Origin: an uncultured delta proteobacterium
Lineage (GTDB): Bacteria; Myxococcota_A; Polyangia; Polyangiales; JAFGIB01
DNA: 64,000 nt
Direction of reading: 5' to 3'
Assembly: GCA_963778655.1 (NCBI GenBank)
Contig: CAVZVA010000005.1
Span: 672,001 to 736,000 of the forward strand
Under the pieces are notes generated by a model. That model was not told the DNA's origin and ran no database searches. It saw only the letters and a program-made list of their open reading frames with translations. Position 1 is the first letter of the stretch. Each line of letters begins with the position of its first letter. A program made the translations under genes and the position numbers. This document shows, piece by piece, positions 23,934 through 32,500 of the stretch.

Positions 23934-24530
23934 ATGATGGCTGGATTGATCGACGCGCGGCGTGGTTGGCTCGACGTGGCGCTCGTGATCGCGCTGGCAG
24001 GAGCCGCCATGGGCCTGCAGGCGTGCAGCGATGTGGAGCGATCGAGCGGGCGCGGCGCCGGCGGGGGCGGCGCAAAACCCAAGGCCGCCTCGGCAGATGC
24101 CGAGAAGAAGGCCCGCGAGCCCCTCGTGCTCAAGGATGAGGACTTCGTCGAATCCCTTCGCAACCGCGATCCGTTTCGCAGCTACTCGCTGGCATTCCGC
24201 GCCAGGGCGCCCGAGGAGATGCAGCGTCGGGTGATCATGCCGCTGACCGGTGTCGAGGAGATGCGCCTGATCGCGATTGTGACCGGGTTGCCCCGGCCCA
24301 AGGCAATGTTGGTCGATCCTTCGGGGGTCGGTTACGTGGTGGAGCGCGGCGACTACATCGGGCGGCCGAAGGTCATTCAGGCCACCGGAAGCGTCTCCAT
24401 GACGCTGAACTGGCGAGTCGATCGGATTCGCGAAAACGAGGTCGTCCTCACCCAGCAGGATCCGACCGATCCCACGCGCACGGCGCTGACCAAGATCATC
24501 CCGCTCCGGGATGAGGTCGCCCAGAAGTAG
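23934..24530 (+). CDS. pilP: Type IV pilus lipoprotein PilP
   Basis: LQAC lipobox, RDPFR, KAMLVDPSGVGYVVERGDYIG. Confidence 0.88.
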   Translation: MMAGLIDARRGWLDVALVIALAGAAMGLQACSDVERSSGRGAGGGGAKPKAASADAEKKAREPLVLKDEDFVESLRNRDPFRSYSLAFRARAPEEMQRRVIMPLTGVEEMRLIAIVTGLPRPKAMLVDPSGVGYVVERGDYIGRPKVIQATGSVSMTLNWRVDRIRENEVVLTQQDPTDPTRTALTKIIPLRDEVAQK

Positions 24531-24574
24531 CGCGCGGGGCGCCGCACTGCTGCACGCGACCTTGCGCTCTCGGA

Positions 24575-24669
24575 AGACCGCGTGCGGCGCCGCGGACCTC
24601 GCATGGCGTTCGCCATACGGACGCGGGCGGGACGTCATGCTCGGGACGTGCGACCGCCTTGCGCGGTCT
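24575..24669. repeat. Structured inverted-repeat element in the pilP-pilQ spacer
   Basis: AGACCGCG(24575)...CGCGGTCT(24662) outer stem, GGCG/CGCC inner stem, ATGGCG-TT-CGCCAT hairpin at 24603-24616. Confidence 0.55.
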
Positions 24670-24794
24670 CTGGCTTCCAGCGTGAGTGGCGCTGCCGAGC
24701 TTTCTCGTGCCGGTCGCGCAGCAGGTCACCCGTTTTTTTGCCGTTTGGGGGCGACCCGGCGGAAGATCACGTCGTCGTCAGACAGGAGAGCTCC

Positions 24795-26972
24795 ATGCGT
24801 TTGCTGCGCGGCTTTTTGACACTTCTCTTGGCGCTAGCGTCGGCTGCCGCCGTTCACGCGGACGCGGCCAGCCCGATCGTCGCAAAGCTGCGGATCAAGG
24901 GCGAGAAGCAGCATGCGGAGGTCACGGTGGACGGATCCTTCGCGATGCCCGTCTACTCGATCCACTCGCACAAGGACGGCCGCGAGGTGGTTGTGGACGT
25001 CGAAGGTGCGACGCTCGCCCCGGGCGGCGTCGAGGTCGAGGGCACGGCCGCGCTGATCGTTCAGAGCGCCGCGAGCACGACCGCCAAAGGGGTGCACGTC
25101 GTGCTTCAGCTGACCCACCCCGCGAGGTATCGGGCGCGCAGCGAGCGCGGTGAGATCGCGATCTCCTTCGATGCCGGCGAGACCGAGGCCGAGGCGGATG
25201 CGCCGGCGGTGGACACCTCGCCGGCCGAGATTCGACACGTGATCATCGAGCGGCGCAATGGCCGCGATCGGCTGGTGGTCGAGCTCAACCATCCGGCGCC
25301 GTTCCGCGTGCTGCCCGGGAGCAAGGGCCCGGCACGGCTCGAGATCAGCGGCGCTCACGTCGGCGCGGACGCAGCGCGCCATCTCGAAGGCGATTCCGCT
25401 TCGGCGATCAGAAGCGCGGACCTGATCGAGGACGCGGGTCGCACGACCATTACGGTACAGCCCAACGCCGACGCGGGTTCCAGCGCGACCGCCCTGCGCG
25501 AGGGCAATCGTATCGTCTGGCTGTTTGCGCCGCCTGAGCTTCCGCCCGAGCGCGGCCGGCAGGTGGAGACCGTGGCCAAGGAGCCCGCGGTCGAGGTCGA
25601 CGGCGAGCAGGTGGCTGCGTTTCTTAGCGACGTGCCGATGCAAATCGGTCCGGCGCGAGAGCGCGGCAAGTACACCGGTCGCCGGATCGATCTCGATTTG
25701 AAGAACGCCGACGTTCACAACGTGCTGCGACTGCTCGCGGAGGTCGGCAACGTAAACGTGATTACGGCCGACGACGTCACCGGCTCGGTCACCATCAAGA
25801 TGAAGAACGTGCCCTGGGACCAGGCACTCGACGTGATTCTGACGGCGAAGGGCCTGGGCATGGTGCGGCGCGGCAACTTGCTGCGGGTGGCGCCCCAGGC
25901 CGTGCTCGAAAAGGAGCGCGAGATGGCGATCGCGCGCCAGAAGCAGCAGATCGAGCTGGCGCCGCTCGAGACGCGTCTGATCCCCGTCAGCTACGCGACG
26001 GCGGACACGCTGTCGGGGAGGGTCAAGGAGCTGCTCTCGCCGCGCGGCTCGGTCTCTGTCGATACGCGCACCAACATTCTCGTCGTGCGGGACGTCAGCG
26101 AGAATCTGGACGACGTCGAGGAGCTGGTCCGGCGGCTCGATAGCCAGACGCCGCAGGTCTTGATCGAGGCGCGCATCGTGGAAGCCACCACCTCGTTCAC
26201 GCACGAGGTGGGCATCCAGTGGGGCGGCAGCATGATCATGAGCTCCGCAACCGGCAATCCCACCGGACTGGTTTTTCCGCACGATCTGTCGGTCGCTGGT
26301 GGTGCGAGCGACGGCCAGAGCCCCACCGCCGGCCTGTCGCCGTTCGCTGCCTCGGTGCCCAATCCGAACTACGTGGTGAACTTTCCCGCGCCGGCTGGCA
26401 CCGGTCAGGGCGGCGCGCTCGGTCTCTCGCTGGGAAGCCTCGCCGGCAACTTCAACCTCGCGGTGCGGCTCTCGGCCTTCGAGACTACGGGCCATGTCCG
26501 CATCATCAGCTCGCCGCGCATTCTCACCCTGGACAACCACGCGGCGACGATCGCGCAGGGCACCTCGATTCCGTATTCGCAGGTCAGCGCTCAGGGCGTG
26601 CAGACGGCCTTTCAGGAGGCAAAGCTCTCGCTCAACGTGACCCCTCACGTGACCAGCGACGGCGCCGTGTCGATGAAAGTCATCATCACGCGCGATGAGC
26701 CGGACTTCAATCAGCGCAGCGCGCGCGGCGATCCCACCATTCTCAAGCGCAACGCGAGCACCAGCCTGCTGGTGCAGGACGGCCACACCGCGGTCATCGG
26801 CGGCATCTACACCCGCAACACCGGTTACGGTCTGAGCCAGGTGCCACTGTTCGGCGACATTCCGATCATCGGCATCCTGTTCCGGCACACCACCAACCGG
26901 GATGCGCGCAACGAGCTGTTGATCTTCCTGACGCCGCGCATCGTGAATCGCAGTGAGGCGTTCAACCGCTGA
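24795..26972 (+). CDS. pilQ: Type IV pilus secretin PilQ
   Basis: AGGAG RBS; signal peptide, AMIN-like domains, YTGRRIDLDLKNAD, VPWDQALD, PQVLIEARIVE, PLFGDIPIIGILF, ELLIFLTPRIV. Confidence 0.95.
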   Translation: MRLLRGFLTLLLALASAAAVHADAASPIVAKLRIKGEKQHAEVTVDGSFAMPVYSIHSHKDGREVVVDVEGATLAPGGVEVEGTAALIVQSAASTTAKGVHVVLQLTHPARYRARSERGEIAISFDAGETEAEADAPAVDTSPAEIRHVIIERRNGRDRLVVELNHPAPFRVLPGSKGPARLEISGAHVGADAARHLEGDSASAIRSADLIEDAGRTTITVQPNADAGSSATALREGNRIVWLFAPPELPPERGRQVETVAKEPAVEVDGEQVAAFLSDVPMQIGPARERGKYTGRRIDLDLKNADVHNVLRLLAEVGNVNVITADDVTGSVTIKMKNVPWDQALDVILTAKGLGMVRRGNLLRVAPQAVLEKEREMAIARQKQQIELAPLETRLIPVSYATADTLSGRVKELLSPRGSVSVDTRTNILVVRDVSENLDDVEELVRRLDSQTPQVLIEARIVEATTSFTHEVGIQWGGSMIMSSATGNPTGLVFPHDLSVAGGASDGQSPTAGLSPFAASVPNPNYVVNFPAPAGTGQGGALGLSLGSLAGNFNLAVRLSAFETTGHVRIISSPRILTLDNHAATIAQGTSIPYSQVSAQGVQTAFQEAKLSLNVTPHVTSDGAVSMKVIITRDEPDFNQRSARGDPTILKRNASTSLLVQDGHTAVIGGIYTRNTGYGLSQVPLFGDIPIIGILFRHTTNRDARNELLIFLTPRIVNRSEAFNR

Positions 26973-27014
26973 CGGCGGAGAGGAGCCCGCAGCGGCGCGC
27001 CCCGCCCGGATCTG

Positions 27015-28664
27015 GTGCGCCTGAGGGTGCCCGGGCGGGGCGTTGTGCACCCTGCTAGACTGGGTGCTCGAAAGGACCGCCAACGCTTGCGCATCTTCTT
27101 GTCAGGACCCATGGGCAGCGGGAAGTCGACGCTGGCCCGCGCGCTGGCCGCCGAGGGGGGGCTGCCGGTGTGGGACCTGGACGAGCTGGTCGCCTCGCGC
27201 GCAGGCGTCACGGTCGCGCAGCTGTTTGCAGAGCGCGGGGAGGTCGGCTTTCGCGCGCTGGAGCGGCAGACGCTGCGCGGCCTGATGGCCGAGCAGCGTC
27301 ACGGCGTGGTCGCGCTCGGCGGCGGAACCGTGACCGATGACGCGCTGCGCCGCGAGCTGCTGCGGCTGGGCACCCTGATCACGCTGCGCGCTGCGCCCGA
27401 GGAGCTGGCTCGTCGCGTGGACAGCGGTGAGGGACGGCCCTTGCTGGCGGGGCCAGACGTGCTGGGCAGCTTGCAGCAGCTGCTGCGCGCGCGGGCCCCC
27501 GCGTATGCGGAGTGCCATGCGGAGATCGACACGCAGGGGCGCGACCTGGGCCAGCTCGCCCGGGAAGCGCTGGCGGTGGCGTCGGCGGGTGCGATCGTGG
27601 TTCCGCTCGGGCTGCGCAGCTATCGGGTGGAGGTTGCTGCCGGCTGTCGCTTCCGGGCGAAGGAGCGGACTGCGGCGATCAGCGGCGGCGGCCCGGTGGT
27701 GCTGGTGAGCGACGAGATCGTCGGCCCCGTTTGGGGCGCGCCGCTGGCCGCCGCGTTGCGCGCGATTGGCAACCGGCTGATCGAGGTCACCCTGCCCGCG
27801 GGCGAGCAGCACAAGACGCTGCGAAGCGTGGAGCGAATCTGGGATGCAGCGCTGACAGGCGGGGTCGATCGCGGGAGCGTCGTGATCTCGGTCTGCGGCG
27901 GTGTGGTCGGAGACCTGAGCGGCTTCGCCGCATCGACGCTGCTGCGCGGTCTGCCGGTGGGCCACGTTCCGACCACGCTGCTCTCGATGGTGGACAGCGC
28001 GATCGGCGGCAAGACGGGATTCGACACCCCGCACGGCAAGAACCTGCTCGGCAGCTTTCACCAGCCGGGCTTCGTCTTGTGCGACGTCGAAGTGCTGGCG
28101 ACCCTGCCGCAGGCCGAGCGCATCGCGGGGCTTGCGGAGGTGGTCAAGTCGGCATGGATCGAGGGCGAGGAGGCGGTCGCCGGGCTCGAGCGAGACGCTG
28201 CGGCATTGCTGGCCGGCGATGCGGCTGCCACCGAGCGCGCGATCCGCATGTCCGCATCGATGAAGGCGAGGATCGTGAGCGAGGACGAGCGAGAGGCCGG
28301 CGCGCGCGCGCTGCTCAATCTCGGCCACACCGTGGGTCACGCGATCGAAGCCGCCCTCGACTACCGCGGCATCCGACATGGCGAAGCCGTGGCGTTGGGC
28401 ATGGTCGCGGCGTTCCGGGTGGCCTGCCGTCTGGGCCGCGCGCAGGCCGGTGACGTCGAGCGCGTGACCCGACTGCTCCAGGCGTTCGGTCTGCCCACCG
28501 ACGTGGACACGCACCTTCACCAGCGCACCCTGTCGTTTCTCGGATCGGACAAGAAGCGGCGCGCCGGACAGATCACCTTCGTGCTCCCGGCCGGGCCCGG
28601 CGAGGTCGCGCTGCAGTCGCTGCCGCTCGCACGCCTGCCGGAGCTGTTGAGATCCGCGTCCTGA
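27015..28664 (+). CDS. aroKB: Bifunctional shikimate kinase / 3-dehydroquinate synthase (AroK-AroB fusion); start uncertain (27015, 27045 or 27087)
   Basis: GPMGSGKST, GEVGFRALE, VALGGG, GRPLL; then GEQHKT, GGVVGDLSGF, VPTTLLSMVDSAIGGKTG, LNLGHTVGHAIE, HGEAVALG, DKK. Confidence 0.93.
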   Translation: MRLRVPGRGVVHPARLGARKDRQRLRIFLSGPMGSGKSTLARALAAEGGLPVWDLDELVASRAGVTVAQLFAERGEVGFRALERQTLRGLMAEQRHGVVALGGGTVTDDALRRELLRLGTLITLRAAPEELARRVDSGEGRPLLAGPDVLGSLQQLLRARAPAYAECHAEIDTQGRDLGQLAREALAVASAGAIVVPLGLRSYRVEVAAGCRFRAKERTAAISGGGPVVLVSDEIVGPVWGAPLAAALRAIGNRLIEVTLPAGEQHKTLRSVERIWDAALTGGVDRGSVVISVCGGVVGDLSGFAASTLLRGLPVGHVPTTLLSMVDSAIGGKTGFDTPHGKNLLGSFHQPGFVLCDVEVLATLPQAERIAGLAEVVKSAWIEGEEAVAGLERDAAALLAGDAAATERAIRMSASMKARIVSEDEREAGARALLNLGHTVGHAIEAALDYRGIRHGEAVALGMVAAFRVACRLGRAQAGDVERVTRLLQAFGLPTDVDTHLHQRTLSFLGSDKKRRAGQITFVLPAGPGEVALQSLPLARLPELLRSAS

Positions 28665-28772
28665 GGGGCGGGCGCGCCACGGCTTCTCCAAGTTGGCGTC
28701 AAATTTGGGCGGCGCCCCGGTGCCGAGCTAGAATCCTAGCCCATGGCATGTGTGTTCCCCCGGGAGGTGGCC

Positions 28773-29486
28773 ATGCGCCACGTGTCGCCTGTAATCCCTG
28801 CGCTCGCCGCACTATGGCTCGCCGCGTGCGCGCCCGAGGGGCCGACCGCATTCGTGACGTTCAACGTCGTACCCGACCAGAACTGCCTGGTTTCACCGGA
28901 TGTCGGCGGCAATAAGTTCTACCCGATCGGCCACTACGACATCAGCCCGGGCACGAACGGCGGCTGCGATCACCCCTACGTGGTCAATCTCTTGGTCAAC
29001 AGCTATCTGCGCAGCAACGCGGACACGATGCTGGGTCGCGCCGAGCCGAACATCCTGCAGCTGCACAGCGCCCAGGTCCGCCTGATGACGCTGCAGAAGC
29101 AGACGCTGACGTTCGAAAAGGCCAATCCTCCGCTACCCAACCCGTTCCTGGTCAACACCAACAACTCGCTGTTTCCGGCCGCCGGCACCACGCCCAGCAC
29201 CGGCATCGCGGCGGTCGAGGCGATTCCGAAAGCGTACGCGCCCTACTTGAGCGATTTCGACGGCGCGCAGATCCTGGCCGAGATCCAGATCTACGGCACC
29301 ACGACCGGCGACGTCGACATCAACTTCAAGCCGTTCGTGTATCCGGTCGAAATCTGCGACGGTTGCTTGATCCAGTGTCAGGGCGCGCTCGACGCCGCCA
29401 AAAAGAGCCGCATGGATCTGACGCAGGGTCGCTGCGACGACAACTCGGGCAACGACGATCGGGTGTGCATCGATCCGGACTGCTGA
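28773..29486 (+). CDS. Hypothetical Cys-rich lipoprotein
   Basis: GGAGG RBS; LWLAAC lipobox; C-terminal CDGCLIQC...C...C...C; strong GC3 bias. Confidence 0.8.
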   Translation: MRHVSPVIPALAALWLAACAPEGPTAFVTFNVVPDQNCLVSPDVGGNKFYPIGHYDISPGTNGGCDHPYVVNLLVNSYLRSNADTMLGRAEPNILQLHSAQVRLMTLQKQTLTFEKANPPLPNPFLVNTNNSLFPAAGTTPSTGIAAVEAIPKAYAPYLSDFDGAQILAEIQIYGTTTGDVDINFKPFVYPVEICDGCLIQCQGALDAAKKSRMDLTQGRCDDNSGNDDRVCIDPDC

Positions 29487-29529
29487 GTCGCGGCGTCGCC
29501 CCTGGCTCGCATATCGGCTCGCGCGTCGC

Positions 29530-32500
29530 TCACACCCGAGAGACGCGCAACTGGGCGCGAAGGGTCTGGCCGAGCGCGCTCAAATAGGGTTCCGAGAGCG
29601 CACAACGTACGGTTTCGGCCAGCGCCGGGCAGCGTTCGCAGCCCAGCACGAATTGCTCTTCGCGCCCGAGGTCCAGGTCGGCGAGCTCGCTCTCGGTGGA
29701 CGCCAGCTGGCGCAGGGCTGCCCGCAGGCCGCCTGACGCGAGCAAGGCCGCGCGCGCGGCCACGGCGCGCGTGCGTGCGCGCAGACGCGGGTACTGCAGC
29801 GCCTCGGCGTTGCGCCGCAGGCTCTCTCCGAGCGTGCGTTGCTCGCGCGTGGGCACGTTCTGCCACAACGCGGCGACCAGCTCCTTGGAGGCGCTGCTGG
29901 GCGTGCCGCGCACCAGGCCCGGGGCGAAGGCTTGCAGCGACCCTTCCAACAGCGCGAAGGCATGCTCTGGCGGCAGCACGCCGCCGATGACGTGCTCGGG
30001 CCTGGCCAGCCACAGCGCGCGCGCCATGCCGTATTGCAGGCCGGCCCGCTCGTGAGCTTTCACGTGACCTGCCAGCACCGAAGGTGGATGGGTCGGCAGG
30101 GTTCGCGGGATGGCGCCCTGGGCGCTGGCCAGCACGTAGACAGGGACATCCGTCCGCTCCAGCGTGCGGGCCGCTTGCGCGTAGGCTTCCGCCAGCGGGC
30201 CCACCGAGATGCGGCTGATGCGATCGCGCTCGCTGAGGCTGTAGTTGCTGAGCGGGCTGCGGAAGCGCGCGATCACGCGCACGGAGTCCCACAGCACGCT
30301 CAGCAGGCGCTCGAGCTCGGGCGTGTGCCCCGGTCCGATCGCCTCGCGCAAGGCCTGACCTCGCCACACGCCCGAATGGTACTCGCTGTCGCGCGGCGCG
30401 CGGATCTCGGGATCGAAGCTTCCCAGCAGCTGCCGCAGCACGTACAGCGCGGCGGGGTGCTCGGCGTCTTGATAGGTGCGGTAGAGCTGACGCAGGCGCT
30501 CGATCGAGATCGGACCTTCCAGCAGAGACGCGCGTGCGTCGTCCTGGGCGCGGTCCGGATGCGTGCGGCTGGCGGCAGCCGAGCCGGCCGGGGTGGGTGG
30601 AGGCGGCGGCGGCGCGGCTATCGGCGGCGGCTCCGACTCGGGCTCCAAGTCCATGATCTCCGCTGCCAGGGCCGCGGCCGGCGGCGCTTGCTCGACGGTC
30701 TCTGGCGGCGCGGCCGGCGGCTCCTGCGCCACGACCTCTGGCTGGGCGGGCTGCGACTCGGCCGGCGCAGGCGGCGGAGAAGGCCGAGGCGAAGGGCCCG
30801 CGCGCCGCGCGCGTGCGAGCGCGGCGTTGCGTAGCGACTCGGCTTCCGCCTGCAGCGCGGCGGGCAGCTCTTCCTGGCGCGCGATGGCGAGCGCGGCCTC
30901 CGCCTGCTCGAGCGCCGCCTCGGCACGCGCGAGCCCGCTGCCGAGCACGGTGCACAAGCGCATCAGCACCCGTACCTTGTCCTCGCCGTTCCACAGCTGC
31001 GCCGCGCGCTGCTCGAGCTGCTCGGCCAGCTGCTGCAGCGCGTCGCGACCCGACTCGGCGTCGCGCGCGCGCAGCTCGAGCGCGGTCGCCAGCAGGCGCT
31101 CGTCGAGCTCCCCGCGCTCGGAGGCCGCGTTGGCCAGCAGCAGCAACGAGAAGCTGCGGGGCGCATCGCCGATCTGACGCGCGCACAGCTCCGCGGCCTC
31201 CACCAGCAAGCTGCAGCGAGCGCGGTTCTCGCGCACCTGGTCCGCGAGCCGCTCGTAACAGGGGATCAGGCGCGCGAGCTGCCCGGTCTGGCGTGCCACG
31301 CGCTGCAGTGCCTTGAACGCGGCCCCGCTGGTCGGCGCCAGCTCGAAAGCCGAGAGGTAGCGCTCGAGCGCCTGCTCCGGCAGGCCCGCGCGCTCGAGCC
31401 AGCGTCCGGCGCGGTAGACCAGGGCGCGGCGACCATGGGGCCCACAGGCCGCGGTGATCAACGCGTCGTAGGTCTGCATCGCGCAGTCGACGTCCTGCGT
31501 GGCCAGGGTCAACCGCTCGACCACCAACAAGGGCTCCGCGAACACCGGCCAGCGCAGCGCGGCGGCGCGCGCGATCTCGAGCGCCCGCGCCGGGTCGCCG
31601 GCGCGCGCCTCCGCGGTCAGCGCGCACCACAGGTGCACGCGGCTGGCGAGTGCTGCCGGACAGTCGTCGCCGATCGCGAGGCAGCGCTCGAGCGCCCAGT
31701 CCGCGTCGCCGAGCGAGAACAGCGCGCCGAGCGCGGCACGCACGGCCGTGATGTCGTCGCTGCCCGCGGCCACCAGCACGCGCACATAATGCTCGGCGCG
31801 CGGCAGCTCGTGCAGGCGCTGGCCGGCGACCGTCGCGAGCTCCAGCAGGAGCTCCCGGTGCCGGGCCGGGTCCTGCTCGCCCTCGGCCATCAGGGTGATG
31901 GCGGCGAGCAGGCGCGGGCCGTCGCCGCCGCCTGCGAACAGCTCGCGCAGCCGGGCCAGCACCTGCGCGGGCCGCGCCCCGCCCTCGAGCACGCGCAGCA
32001 GGGCGCGCACCTCGCCTGCCGCGTCGGCCTGCGCCAGGTGGTGGGCGGCGAGCTCGAGCAGCGCGGCCTCGCGCTGAGCGTCGGGCACGAATGCGACCAG
32101 CAGCTCCAGCGCAGCGGTGAGCAGGTGCGGCGCGCCCGCGCGGCGCGCGAGCTGCGCGCTGCGATCGGCCAGCTCCGGGTCGCGCAGACCCTGCTCTTCG
32201 GCGATCCGCTGCGCGAGCAAGCAAGCGGCTTCCTGCGCATCCAGGGCGTCGAGGCGATCGAGCGCGACACGCGCCGCGTCGAGCACCTCTGGCACCGGCA
32301 TCGCGTTGATCGCGGCGTCGGCGGCCGCGAGCAGGCTCTCGGCGTCGCCCTGGTCGGCCCGCATCAGCACGCGCGCGCGGTGCGCGGCGGCGTCACTGGG
32401 CAGCACTTCGACCCAGCGCTCGACGCTGGCGCGCAGCGCGGCGCGGTCGCCGCACGCCTGGGCAGCCTGGGTCTGCAGCACCAGCACCGAGCGCGAGGGG

